This document shows positions 51,550 through 63,300 of a DNA stretch of 64,000 nucleotides, in pieces. The DNA comes from an uncultured Chthonomonadaceae bacterium (GTDB taxonomy: Bacteria; Armatimonadota; Chthonomonadetes; Chthonomonadales; Chthonomonadaceae), in NCBI GenBank assembly GCA_963817895.1, contig CAWFQB010000001.1, positions 640,001 to 704,000 on the forward strand, in the 5' to 3' direction. The position numbers were made by a program, and so were the translations under genes. Position 1 is the stretch's first letter, and each line of letters begins with the position of its first letter. The notes under the pieces were generated by a model that did not search any database, was not told where the DNA came from, and saw nothing but the letters and a program-made list of their open reading frames with translations.

Positions 51550-52749
51550 CTACCGCATATCAGCCTTCTGCAGTTTCGCCGCCCTCCGCTGCGCGTCAGG
51601 CTGGTCTTCCGTATCTGTCCCTCTTCTCGGATGGGCGCTTGCAGAACCTGGGGGGCGAGGTTCTTCCTTTCCCTGCTCAGGGGCAGGCGGGCCAAAAACG
51701 GGCATTTTTTTGCTTTGCGGAACCGTTTTTGCAGGGGCGTGAACAGCGCTTATCGGCGTTATAGCGTTCGTCTGCGTTATAGCCGGGTAACGCAGGCGCG
51801 CAACGGCCAGGCCAATAATAAAAAATGCCAGGCCGCTCACTGTCAGCAGCATGGGGCGCAGCGCGCGGTTGGGATCGTGAACGCCTGAAGCGGTTTCCCT
51901 GTTCGGAAGCGCGGCGGGCGGAAATTCCTTCCCCTTCCAGGTCGGCGGCTTGCGCGCGATGGTTTGCGGCCTGCCTTCACAGGCGGCGACAAGCGAGATG
52001 TTGTCGTGTCCGCCGCGTTCGCGCGCCAGTTTCACCAGATTGTCGCAGGCCGTCTGTAAATCCGGCGCGGCAACAAATTCATCGCGCATCTCTTCGGGCA
52101 TCACATACTCGCTCAGGCCATCCGAACACAGCAGCAGCGCGTCGCCGGGTTCCCATGCTCCCTGATACAGGGAAGGTTCCACATCGGCGGCGATCCCAAT
52201 GGATTTGGTGAGCTGATTGCGCAGGTTGGAATTACGGGCTTCGTCCGGCGTCATGGTGCCGCGCCGAACCGCCTCTCCCACCCACGAGTCGTCATCCGTT
52301 AGTTGGCAGATGCCGCTCCGGGTCAGCAGATACGCGCGGCTGTCGCCGACATGCGCGATGGTATAATCCCGCGTCCGGCACAGGCACAGGGTCAGCGTCG
52401 TGCCGGGGTGCGCCACGCCCTGCCCGCCGTACCCGAATACGGCCTGATTGATACTGCGCGTAACCGCCACAGCGCGTTGGGCAAGCCGCGCCTCCGCTCC
52501 CGCTTCCGGCCCCCCGGTTACCATCTCGTCCGCAACTGTATGAGGAGAAAGGAAGGCTTGCCGCGTCATTTCTCCCGCAAGGCCGCTGGCAACTTCCCCC
52601 GCCTGATGCCCGCCCATGCCGTCGGCAACCAGCAGCACGGCAATCAGGCCGTCGGGGTTGGCGGCAGGGGGCGAAACCGCTTCCGCCACAACCGTATCTT
52701 CATTTATTTCACGGACGCAGCCCACGTCCGTAGCGCGGCCAATGTTCAT
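51550..52749 (-). CDS. PP2C-family Ser/Thr phosphatase with TM helix
   Basis: TDVGCVREINED, VADGMGGH, HVGDSRAY, LCSDGL, GGHDNIS. Confidence 0.93.
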   Translation of the reverse strand: MNIGRATDVGCVREINEDTVVAEAVSPPAANPDGLIAVLLVADGMGGHQAGEVASGLAGEMTRQAFLSPHTVADEMVTGGPEAGAEARLAQRAVAVTRSINQAVFGYGGQGVAHPGTTLTLCLCRTRDYTIAHVGDSRAYLLTRSGICQLTDDDSWVGEAVRRGTMTPDEARNSNLRNQLTKSIGIAADVEPSLYQGAWEPGDALLLCSDGLSEYVMPEEMRDEFVAAPDLQTACDNLVKLARERGGHDNISLVAACEGRPQTIARKPPTWKGKEFPPAALPNRETASGVHDPNRALRPMLLTVSGLAFFIIGLAVARLRYPAITQTNAITPISAVHAPAKTVPQSKKMPVFGPPAPEQGKEEPRPPGSASAHPRRGTDTEDQPDAQRRAAKLQKADMR

Positions 52750-52786
52750 CGCTTGTTTGCATCCTGACTTTCGCGGCGCCAACTTA

Positions 52787-52909
52787 TGGACAAACCACTT
52801 GGACATTGTACAATCCCGCGTCCGTAGGACGCTTGGCGGAACGCCACTCAGACGGGTGTTTTCAACACTCGGAACCCCGCCATAGTACAATCTTTATCTG
52901 GTTTGTCCA
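52787..52909. mobile_element. 123-bp MITE related to the IS630-type element at 18133-19261
   Basis: IR tggacaaacca / tggtttgtcca; TTA direct repeats; tttatctggtttgtcca identical to the IS end. Confidence 0.85.
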
Positions 52910-52926
52910 TTAGAGCCTATCCCAAT

Positions 52927-52988
52927 TGGCCCTCAACCCGGGCGTCCACTTGTGGACATACCCCTTCTCCCAACTTTGGGAGAAGGGG
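52927..52988. repeat. CCCCTTCTCCC...GGGAGAAGGGG palindromic repeat, copy 2
   Basis: Shares tggccctcaaccc and the stem with 15208-15256. Confidence 0.75.
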
Positions 52989-53013
52989 AAACTATCGGGA
53001 TAGGCTCTTACTC

Positions 53014-54600
53014 TCAGGCGTGAATGGAATGGAACATCAGTACCGTTTTGCCGGTTCCGGGCGCGATCTGATCGCCGTTGGCAAGCTCGCGCGCTTCGGT
53101 TCCAATGGCCTCGCCGTTCACTTTCGTGCCGTGTGTGCTGCGCTGGTCGGTCAGCAGAAATTTGCCGTCCCGGTACACCAGAGTGGCGTGTTTGCGGGAA
53201 ACGCTTTCGTCGTTGAGCAGAATGTCCTGATCTTCGCGGCCCAATCCCATGACGCTGCGCGTGATGGCAAATCGCTGCCCCGCGTCCGGCCCGGAAAGCA
53301 CTTCCAGTTCCGCTCCCAATGTGGCCTGGGTTGCGGGCGCGGGCGTTTTCACCTGCGCGAACGGCATTTCCAGCGCGACAGTCGCGGCGGAACGCGAACC
53401 CTGCGGCGCGGGGGTGGAAGCCAGCGCCGGAACATTCTGCCCGGACGGAACCCCGCCCATTCCCGGCGAAACCGCCGCGCTGTTCACGACCGCCTGCGCC
53501 TGTTCTGAGGGGGCTTGCGGCGCGGGGGAAGACGCGGGGACGCGCAGGGTAATTCGCAGCGTGGACGCGCCGATTTCCAACTGCGACCCCGAATGGGCTT
53601 CCGCCTGCCGATGATGCACCATGCCGCCATCCAGCAGCGACCCGTTCGTACTCTCATCCCGGTATAAAACGCGCCCGTCTACGGTGACGATCAGGCTGCC
53701 ATGTTGGGAAGACACCTCCCCGTCGCGATCCAGCGCGATGCCGTCCTTTACGGCGCGGCCCACGCGCGTTTCGCCGTGCTGAAGCGGGAACTTCTGCCCC
53801 TGATGCGGCCCGGAAATCACCTCCACAGAGCCAACGGAAACAATGGTGCGCGCGGGCATCGCTTTGGAACCGCTTGCCCCCACAGCGGCAGCCCCCGGCG
53901 CAGTCGTAACAACCGTTCCCCCCGGCCCGCCCGAAGCGGGGGCGCGACTGTTGGATGCGGCCCGCAGGCGTTCCGCTTCCTGCCGCGCGGCTTCGGCTTT
54001 GCGGCGCTCCTGCTCGATCTGCTGCTCCACGCCCTGCTTTTGCGCCGCCGCTTTGCTGCGGGCCGTCATCACGATAAAGATGACCGCTGCGGCGGCCAGC
54101 AGCAGCCCCCCGGCCAGCAGCAGCGGGTCTATTTTCATGCCCCCGCCGCTTCCGCCGCCCTCTACGCGCTCCTTGCGAATTTCGCTTAACACGTATTTCG
54201 AGCCTTCACGCACCACGCGGGCGTTCAGAGCATAGGTGGTATGCGCGGCGGTAGAGGGGTAATTGCCGATCACTTCCACTTCCGATTGATCGTTCATGTG
54301 GAAGTTGTAGCGGTTGGTCGTTTGATGATAATCGCCGATAATCCCCTGTACCCGGACTTCCTGATCTTTCATCGGTTTGAGAACATCGTCGCGGACGCTG
54401 TCCAGCGTGGGAACTTCATGCGCGGTATTATCCCCGCCCGTTTTGGATGAGGTTGGTTTCGCGTCGCCGCCTGTCGCCGGCTTGTGTTCGGTTGCGTTAT
54501 GGGAGGTGGAAGCGGTTCCCGCTTGCGCCCCTGCCCGCGCCCCCACGATGGACAACATTCCCAAACAAAGCAGCAGCATGGCCGCAGCCAGCAGGGGCAT
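53014..54600 (-). CDS. Membrane protein with exported domain, coiled coil and two FHA domains
   Basis: VGR..VSSQHG..STNGS and LGR..VSRKHA..STHGT; TM LLLAGGLLLAAAAVIFIV; start uncertain. Confidence 0.85.
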   Translation of the reverse strand: MPLLAAAMLLLCLGMLSIVGARAGAQAGTASTSHNATEHKPATGGDAKPTSSKTGGDNTAHEVPTLDSVRDDVLKPMKDQEVRVQGIIGDYHQTTNRYNFHMNDQSEVEVIGNYPSTAAHTTYALNARVVREGSKYVLSEIRKERVEGGGSGGGMKIDPLLLAGGLLLAAAAVIFIVMTARSKAAAQKQGVEQQIEQERRKAEAARQEAERLRAASNSRAPASGGPGGTVVTTAPGAAAVGASGSKAMPARTIVSVGSVEVISGPHQGQKFPLQHGETRVGRAVKDGIALDRDGEVSSQHGSLIVTVDGRVLYRDESTNGSLLDGGMVHHRQAEAHSGSQLEIGASTLRITLRVPASSPAPQAPSEQAQAVVNSAAVSPGMGGVPSGQNVPALASTPAPQGSRSAATVALEMPFAQVKTPAPATQATLGAELEVLSGPDAGQRFAITRSVMGLGREDQDILLNDESVSRKHATLVYRDGKFLLTDQRSTHGTKVNGEAIGTEARELANGDQIAPGTGKTVLMFHSIHA

Positions 54601-54817
54601 ACGATTGCGCCGGCTTGCGGAATCCGCAAAACGGGTGGGGGCGATGAAATCTCCGGCGGTGAAACCAGAAGGCAACCGCCTGCCGCATAGCCGCGCCTGA
54701 TGGTGAAGGCTCATGGAACGTATCATGGTAGAGTTTCTCCGACATTCCTGCCGCCTACCGCGCGTCGAAATCGCGCGAAGGCAATGAACAGTCAAAATAG
54801 ATAATGAAAGCGAATTA

Positions 54818-57162
54818 TCAGTCGTGCGTTCGATCCCGCGCTGCCAGCGTCAAATACACAGCCGCCCCGGTTCCGCCCACCATTGCCATTAACACGCACA
54901 GCGCGACAAGGGGCGAGGTATGGAACACATCCTGCGTCTGAGAACCCAGTCCCACATCCCGCCAGCGGTCCGCCACGTTCGCGCTTCCGCACAGTCCGCC
55001 ATACGCCCAGCGCATGCTGTTCAGGCCAGCGATTGCGACGAACAGCGCGTTCATCTGTTCCAGTGGAATCAGGCCGGAGAAAATCACCTGCATCAGCAGG
55101 ATCAGGGCCACAAGGGTTATCGCCTGATCGGGCGACGAGGCGCCGCGCCGACACCCACAGACCCATCAGGACGGACATAAAGGAACCGGCGGCCAGAATG
55201 GAAAATAGCAGCAGCATCCGGGGGGCGTCCAGATGAAAATCAATTTTCAGGCACACCGCCGCCAGCAAAAACAGACTCTGGAGTACGGCCACAATGCCTA
55301 AAACCACCATTTTGGAGCCGATGTACGGCCCGATTTGCAGGGCGACATGCCGTTCCCGATGGTAGATGGCCTTTTCTTTCACAATTTCACGGCAGGCGTT
55401 GCACAGTCCGAAGCAGGTCATGCTCAACGCCAGCAAAAACAGCAGGCGCGGGGCGTCCTGAACGGGAAAATTGCCTTTGCTATCCGCCGTCTGCGCGGAA
55501 GCGAACGTGTCCGCCTTGAAGAGGAAGGCCACGATCAGGGCGACCAGAGGAACCTGCGCCATCCAGATTGCCAGATTGCGGGTGTCGCTGCGGATCACCT
55601 CCAGGTAACGGCAGGTGAGCGCGCTTAATTGCCGCCATGCGGATTGTCGCGGGCGTGACGGCAGCAGGCGCGGCAAGGCTGCGCCCGCAGTCGAACCCGA
55701 ACCGGCAAACGGCGAAGAAGCCGCATCCAGATAAGGAGATTTGCTTCCCCTCGCGATGCTCAGGGTGGCAGAGCCGGTGGCATTGAGCAGGTCGTACACC
55801 GCCGCGTAATCGGCAACGCCGAAAAAGCGGGGCGCTTCGCGGGGCGGGCCGCAGTACGCCAGCCTGCCGCCCCGCGCCATCCAGATCACCTTGTCGTACT
55901 CTTCCAGCGTTTGAACGGAGTGCGTCACCGTAATAATGGTTCGGCCCTCCCTGGCGAGCGTCCGTAATTGCTGCGTGACGCGCCGTTCCAGGCCCGCGTC
56001 CAGCCCGGTTGTCGGCTCGTCGAGAAACAGGATACTCGGACGAGTCAGCAATTCCACGCCGATGTTGACGCGCTTGCGCTCGCCGCCGCTCAGGGTCCGT
56101 ATCAGGCTGCTCCGCCGGTGTTCCAGTTCCAGTTCCGTCAGGGTTCGGGCGATCATGCGCTCGATTTCGGCTGCCGGGGTGTCCTGGGGCAGCCGGAGCA
56201 GCGCGGCATAGCGCAGCGCGCTTTCTACCGTCAGTTCCCCATGCACGATGTCGGCCTGCGGCACATAACCAATGGCGGTACGGAACAGATCGGGCGCGTC
56301 GTAGAAGTCAATGCCGTTGAGCAGCACCTGCCCCGATGTGGCGGGCTGATAGCCGTTGAGCGCCAGCAGGAGGGTGGTCTTCCCGGCCCCGCTCGCGCCC
56401 ACAATGGCAACGAGTTCGCGGGGATGAATGGTCAGCGAAACATCTTCCAGCAGGGTCAGCGCCTGCCCGTCCTTGCGAACGGTTCGCGTCAGGTTCCGGG
56501 CGTCCAGTCGAATCTGCCCCGTCTCATCATCAACAGCGACGTTCTGGTCGCCGAGATGAAAGCGATTCAGTCCGATGCGAACGCGGTCGTCCCGGCCTAC
56601 AAAGGCTCTGGTCACGCGCTGTTCGTTCAGAAACGTGCCGTTTGTGCTGCCCAGGTCTTCCAGCAGCCAGCCAGCCGCTTCGCGAGTTCAGGCGCGCGTG
56701 ACGCCAGGAGACGCCGGACGTGTCCAAAACCACATCACTGGCCGGGTCGCGCCCTATCAGCAGGCTTTGCCCCGCGCTGATACGGGCGCAGGGCAGCGTC
56801 AATGTGCGCCCGTTTCCCCCATCCGCCCGTTGTCCGGCGGCTTGTAAGTCCGGTTCCGAAGGCAACGCCCTGTCTGCGCGGCACACCAGACAGGCATCGC
56901 CAATGGTCAGGGTATCCGAAGGCGCAAGCGTGGCGGCGGTATGAGGCGGAAGCATGGCATGGTTGTGCCAGGTTCCGTTTGTGGAGCCGGAATCCATCAC
57001 GGTGTAGTGGCCGTTTCGGACTTCAATGCAGGCGTGATTCCATGAGACGCCGTTTTGCGCCAGACACAATTCGCATGCCGGGTCGCGCCCGATGCGCAGG
57101 CCCGCCGGAGGAATTTCGCGGCATTGCGCTTGCAGCGCGTCATCTTGCCATTGAAGGTACAT
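54818..57162 (-). CDS. FHA-FHA-ABC ATPase-permease fusion (Rv1747-like); apparent frameshifts
   Basis: Two FHA motifs (VSWNHA, VSWRHA); GASGAGKTT, LSGGE, FLDEPTTGLD; REIVKEKAIYHRER membrane domain. Confidence 0.9.
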
Positions 57163-57211
57163 AGGAAATGCCTGTATCGAAAATAGCCGTACTTGCAGGA
57201 AAAGCGCTAAC

Positions 57212-58271
57212 TCAACAGAAACTTATCGCAAATTGGCCGGCAGCCAGGCCATCGCTTTTGGACGCTTTCACTCCGAATATGGATTTCGCGGGAACCTCGG
57301 AAGATTTAATCTCTGTTCTCTGATAAGCATGGCGGCGCTGACCCGCCCAGCCACGATCATCGCGTCCTGTGTCTATTGCGCCCCGCGCTTTCAGGAGCCG
57401 CGCGATTTTTGAATATTTTGACTGGTTGGCGATATGCAGGGGCGTGCCGCCGATTTCATGGCAGAAGCCGCCGGGTATCATGCGCTTTGTGCCGATGAAA
57501 CTTTCGGGATTCAGCTTCACATGCTTTCTCAGCAGCATTTCAACGATGGGCAGGCTTTCTGCTCGGACTGCCGCGTGAAGAGGCGTCTCTCCGTATTCGT
57601 TCGCGAAGTTTACGTTTGCGCCGCTCTCTATCAGGACGCCGCGCCGTTTCCACCTTGCCGGACGCGCAGGCGTAATACAGCGGCGTGGCGTTGTCATAAC
57701 CGCCTGTCAAATTCAAGCGCACGCCGTATTGGATCAGCAGTGCCGCCATCCCCGCGCCTCCCTGTTCGCCGACAAAATGAAGTGGCGTCTGATTCCAGCG
57801 AGTTTGCTGCGAGTTGACATTCGCGCCATGCTGAATGAGCAAGCGGGCAATCTCCAGATGTCCTGTTTGCGCGGCCCAGTGCAGCGGCGTGCCGGTCATG
57901 CCATCGTCGGAAATCAGACAGCCGCCATTACGGGTATCGTTAACCGCATCTACTTTGCTGCCTGCCAGCAGCAACAGTTTGACGGCTTCGATACTGCCGC
58001 CGAACACGGCCCCGTGCAAGGGAGTTCGGCGTCTTTCATCGGTTTCATTCACATTGGAACCGGCGGCAATCAGTTTTTTCACCTCCGGGGCCTTGCCGGC
58101 AAAAGCCGCATCATACAAAGGGATGCCATTGCCTTTGGGAGCATGCGCCGATATAAACTCACTGGCGCTGAAATCGTCTGCCTGCGCCGGCGGCACGCGC
58201 CACGCGCTGAAAACGGCCAGGCAGGTGATGGCGCAAACCACAACAAACACTCGTGAGCGGCAGAGAATCAT
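57212..58271 (-). CDS. Secreted ankyrin-repeat protein; apparent frameshift near 57650
   Basis: Signal peptide; several TPLH..A..G repeats. Confidence 0.8.
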
Positions 58272-58383
58272 GGCGGCAGCCTTTGAATACAGAACGAGAA
58301 CAGAAAGCGGAGGAGAGGCTGGACTGAGGCTCGACAGGAAGCGACAGGAGTGAAAGCCAATTATTCAGCCATCTTAACACGTT

Positions 58384-58415
58384 TGCATGAACGCCTGCAT
58401 GACAGTTACATGACA
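58384..58415. promoter_or_regulatory. Three CATGA(C) direct repeats at 12/11-bp spacing in a divergent promoter region
   Basis: tgcatgaacgcc tgcatgacagt tacatgaca. Confidence 0.5.
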
Positions 58416-58508
58416 AACGCGGAAATCAACAGGAATTTACGCGCGAAAGGAGTAATATTTTAGTTGGTTGGTCGCGCTGTAGATCGAAACGCTGAACGGA
58501 GAGCAAGC

Positions 58509-60320
58509 ATGCCCGCGATTTCGGAGAATGGGAAGCCTGTCGGAGCGTCATTATGTATCCAACTGTTCGGAGGGCTGGAGGTAAGCCGGAACGGTCAGCC
58601 CCTGCGCGGCCTACAGGATCGGCAGGGTGAACGTTTGCTGGCGTACCTTGCCCTGCGCAAAGGCCGAAGCGTTGCCAGCGCCACGCTTGCGGGCGTGTTC
58701 TGGCCCGCTACCGAGAGTCTGGACAGCCTGCGCCAGGCATTGCTGCATTTACGGCGCGTGTTGGGCGAGGAGGCGGGACGGCTGGAAACCGCGCGGGGCG
58801 TGGTCAGCCTGAATCTAGAGGGGGCATGGGTGGATGTGGACGCCTTTGACGCCGCCATTGCCGACAATACGCCGGACGCGCTGCGCCATGCCGTAGATAT
58901 TTACCGGGGGCCGCTGCTGGACGGATGGGCGGAAAACTGGCTGGATAAGGAGCGCAAGAAACGCGCGGAGGCGTATGTCGAAGCGCTGTACGCGCTTGCC
59001 CAACACGCCCTGAGCGCGTCGGATTACCGCCTGGCCGCGAATTGCCTGCATAAATACGCCCGCTGCCGTCCCGGCCATGAGCGCGGCTGGCTGGAATGGA
59101 TGCAGGCGCTGCATAAAAGCGGCGAACGCCTGGCCGCTCTGGAAGTGTATCATAAATACCGCGACTATCTGAACCGCACCCATAACCTTGTCCCGCCGCT
59201 CGACATGACTGCGCTTTACCATGACATTCAGGCGGGCGAATTGCCCGCAATTGCGGCTGTCGCCCCCACACCCGGCGGCGTTGCCGATTCCGACGCGGAA
59301 GAGACTATCGGCGGGGCCATGCCGCTGAAATCGCCGTTTTACGTGTCGCGTCCCATTGACGCGCAGTTTCAGGCCGCTATCGCCCATCAGGAGAGCATCG
59401 CGCTGGTCAAAGGGGCGCGGCAGACAGGCAAATCTTCGCTGCTGGCGCGCGGGCTGCATCACGCCCGCAAGCGCGGCGCAGCCGTCGTGATGGTCAGTTT
59501 TGAAACGTTCAGCGAACAGGATTTACACTCGATGGAGGCGGTCTGCCTGCGGCTGATTACCTGCCTGTCGGACGCGCTCGATCTGGAATTTACCCCCGCA
59601 GTGGACTGGAATCCCCTGCTTGGCCCCAATGTGAACCTGGAGCGGTATCTGCTGCGGCGCGTGATGACCGCGATTTCCGCGCCGCTTGTCTGTGGGCTGG
59701 ACGAATTGGACCGCCTGTTCGCGCGCCCCTTCAGCGGCGAATTCTTCTCCATGCTCCGGTCGTGGCACGAAAAACGGGCGTTTGAGCCGACAAAGCCCTG
59801 GAAGCGGCTGACGCTGGCGCTTACCTGCGCGACGGAAGCCCACCTGTACATCGCGGATGTGAACAAATCGCCGTTCAATGTGGGCGCGCGGCTGATGCTC
59901 AACGATTTTACGCTGTCCGAAGTGGAGGAGCTGAACCGCTGTTACGGCCTGCTCCTGAACCCGGAAGAGCTGTCGGCGTTTTTTGAATTGACGGGCGGGC
60001 ATCCCTACCTGACCCGGCTTGGCCTGCGCGAAATGGCGCGCAGGGAACCGCCCCGCGTAGGCGATGTGGCCCAACTGGAAGCCTGCGCCCTGCGCCCCGA
60101 CAGCCCGTTCGGAGATCACCTGCGCCGACTGGAAACGCTTCTGGAAGAGTCGCCTGCGCTGCGGCAGGCGACTGCCGATGTTCTGCTTGGACGCTCCTGC
60201 GCGGAAGAGAGTTTCCTGCGCCTGCGCAGCGGGGGGATTCTGCGCGGCGAAGACAGGGAACACGCGCTCCTGCGCTGCCGCCTGTACGAAGCCTACTTGA
60301 GAAAGCAAATGCGCCTGTGA
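58509..60320 (+). CDS. SARP-type wHTH/BTAD regulator fused to an AAA_35-like NTPase
   Basis: IQLFGGLEV, LLAYLAL, LAGVFWP, VDVDAF, YRGPLLDGW; GARQTGKSSL, LDELD, SPFNVG, TGGHPYL. Confidence 0.85.
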   Translation: MPAISENGKPVGASLCIQLFGGLEVSRNGQPLRGLQDRQGERLLAYLALRKGRSVASATLAGVFWPATESLDSLRQALLHLRRVLGEEAGRLETARGVVSLNLEGAWVDVDAFDAAIADNTPDALRHAVDIYRGPLLDGWAENWLDKERKKRAEAYVEALYALAQHALSASDYRLAANCLHKYARCRPGHERGWLEWMQALHKSGERLAALEVYHKYRDYLNRTHNLVPPLDMTALYHDIQAGELPAIAAVAPTPGGVADSDAEETIGGAMPLKSPFYVSRPIDAQFQAAIAHQESIALVKGARQTGKSSLLARGLHHARKRGAAVVMVSFETFSEQDLHSMEAVCLRLITCLSDALDLEFTPAVDWNPLLGPNVNLERYLLRRVMTAISAPLVCGLDELDRLFARPFSGEFFSMLRSWHEKRAFEPTKPWKRLTLALTCATEAHLYIADVNKSPFNVGARLMLNDFTLSEVEELNRCYGLLLNPEELSAFFELTGGHPYLTRLGLREMARREPPRVGDVAQLEACALRPDSPFGDHLRRLETLLEESPALRQATADVLLGRSCAEESFLRLRSGGILRGEDREHALLRCRLYEAYLRKQMRL

Positions 60321-63300
60321 ACCGCAACATCAATAGTCCGCCGCCCGCTTCTGCCGCCGCTTTGTCGCTGCCTGAACCCTGTTCCCCGGCAGCGGACAGC
60401 CGCGCTGCGATAGCAGACAGCCGCGCTACGGGAGAAATGCCCGCCGTCGCTTTGCCGCCGTTCTACGTTACGGGCGGCTCCCTGCCCGAAGACGCCTGCT
60501 CCTACGTGGAACGGCAGGCGGACCGCGACCTTCTCACGGCGTTACGGGCGGGACAATTCTGCTATGTGCTGGATTCGCGGCAGGTGGGGAAATCCTCGCT
60601 GATGGTGCGCGCGGCGGCCAAACTGCGGGCGGAAAACTGGCGCGTGGCGGTGCTGGATTTAAGCGCGTGCGGCCAGAATGTTTCGCCGGAACAGTGGTAT
60701 TTCGGCATGTTATTCGCCATCGGGGATCAGCTGCATATCGAGGACGAACTGGAAGCCTTCTGGGGAAAACACGCCGGACTGGGCCTCGTGCAGCGCTGGA
60801 TAGAGGCGGTCGGGCAGGTCGCGCTGGCGCAATCGTCCGAACCGCTGGTGATCTTTATTGACGAGATTGACGCGGTGAAAAGCCTGCCGTTTTCCGCAGA
60901 CGAGTTCTTTGCAGCCATTCGCGAATGTTACAACCGTCGGACGCGGGACAGCGCGTTTACGCGCCTTTCGTTTTGCCTGATCGGGGTGGCAACGCCCTCG
61001 GAACTGATTCAGAACCCGCACACGACTCCGTTCAACATCGGACAGCGGATCGCGTTGCTGGATTTCAGCGAAGCCGAAGCCGCGCCGCTTGCTGTGGGGT
61101 TGAGCGCGGGGTCGGGACACGGCGCGGCCCTGCTGGGGCGCGTTTTGCAATGGACAGGTGGGCATCCGTATTTAACTCAGATATTGTGCCGGTATCTGGC
61201 GGAACAAAACAGCCTGCATACTATCAAAGACGTGGATCAAGCCTGCCATACGCTATTCCTGACCCGGCAGGCGCGAGAAACCAACGACAACCTGACGTTT
61301 GTGCGCAAGCGCCTGTTGGGGGATTGCGTTTCGGACGCGCAGATCGCCGAAATGCTCCACTGCTACCGCCGGGTGTTACGCGGGCGCGGCAAAATCCTGA
61401 ACGATCCAACCGATCCGCTTGTCACTACGCTGCTGTTGTGTGGACTTGCGCGGGCCGTGACGTATGAGCCGGAAAGCGCGCTGCGCGTCCGCAATCGGAT
61501 TTACGCGCGGGTTTTCAATGAACAATGGGTACTCGACACCCTGCCGGACGCCGAGCGGCGACGCCTGCGCGCGGCGATACGGCGGGATGTGGCGCGGGCT
61601 TCGATTTCGTGGCTGACCGCCGCGCTTGCGCTGGCGATTGCGTCCTGGCAGTTTGCTGTTGCTCGCAATGCCGCGCAACAGGCCGCGCAGAGTCGGGATC
61701 AGGTGCAGCAGAACCGCGTGGCAATGGAGGAGCAGCGCGCAAAAATCGCAGGGTATCAGCAGAATATAATGAGTTTAAGGCAGCAAAAAAACGAAACTCA
61801 AAAAGTTGCTGAAATGGTAGGAATTGCAAGGCAGCAGGCGGAACGCCGCCGGGAACAGGTGGAACGCGACTCGAAGCGCGTTAAAACCGACGCGGATAAA
61901 TCTATTCGAGAAGCGATTACCGCGACACGGGCGGCGAATGCCAGAGAACAGGCTGCGACGCGGCGCGCCTCCCTGGCGGAAACACGCGCCGATAAAGCGC
62001 GTCAGGTACAACAGCAACTACTCCCCGAAGCGGGGGACGCAATGCTGGCAGGCGAACTGACGACCCATCCCGGACATGAAATTGACGGCCTGCGGCTTGC
62101 CGCCCGTACTATCGAAACTGTAGAAAAAGCAGCATCGCGCGCCGGCCCGGTACGCCGTTCAAGCGCTCGTGGACGCGGTGGCGGTGGGCAAATTTCGCCT
62201 GATGCGCCTGATGCAGGAGGGCGCGGTGATTACCGCCCGCTATTCGCCCGACGACGCCCGGATTCTCACGGCGGGAACGGATCGCTACGCCTACCTGTGG
62301 GACGCGCATACCGGCAAACTGCTGCAAAAAATCGCGGCCCAACCCATTCCTGACAATCAGCAAAGCAATCAAAAATTATCCAACATAAACTCTGCGGAAT
62401 TCTCTTTTGATGGCAAGAATATCCTTACAGCGGGAGATGATAAAACGGTACGCATCTGGGATGCCACAGATCCGCGGCCAATGGTAGAAAAGCCACTCCT
62501 GACGCTGAAACAAGCCTGGACTCCTCAATTCAATGCCTCCTTTTCTCGCGATGGCAAATATCTCGTAACATCTGGCCCCGGCAAATACGCAAGCATCTGG
62601 GATTTGCAGACACGACAGATAGCGCATATACTGAAACCGGCCAACCAACAGGCGGATTATGTCTGGTCTGTTGCTTTTTCAGACGACAATAAGCATGTCG
62701 TGACAGCCGGGCAAGATGGGACTGTCAATGTATGGGATGTCGCAACCGGTTTGCAGCAGGCTGATTTCCGTCGGCACCACGGCCCTGTATTGTCCGCCAT
62801 TTTCAACCGATGGGGAAACGTGGTCATTTCCACCGGGACGGACAAGACCGTTCAATCCTGGAACTGGACGGACCCGAATACTTATGAACGTTACCGCGAT
62901 TATGTGGGGCATCGCGACTGGGTCTGGTCAGCGGCGCGTTCGCGAACCGGGGATGTCAACTATCTGGCGACCTGCGGCAGGGACGGAAATATCTTCATCT
63001 GGAACTTTGATCGGGACATCGCGCCGCTGTATACCATTGATACCCATGCCGGAACCGTGTACGACGCGCAGTTTTCCGGGGATAACACCCGCCTGGTCAC
63101 GGCGGGCAGCGACCATATTTCGGAAGTGTGGTATTTCCCCATTCCCATTCTGTTGGGCCTGGGGAGCCATATTACGCATGTGGAGTTTTCGCCGGATGGG
63201 GCGCATACGCTGGTTTCCAGCGCGGACGGGCATGTTTATCAGGGAAGCATCCATGCGGGAACCGGCCAACTGCGTTTCGATGGGGATGGTCGGTCGGTTT

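Noticed and set aside
52750..52890. N-terminal extension of the PP2C ORF
   Set aside because: Runs through the MITE; PP2C homology starts at ATG 52749
42571..57162. Type VI secretion locus (FHA/PpkA/PppA-like trio)
   Set aside because: No tssB/C, hcp, vgrG, clpV or tssM genes in the window
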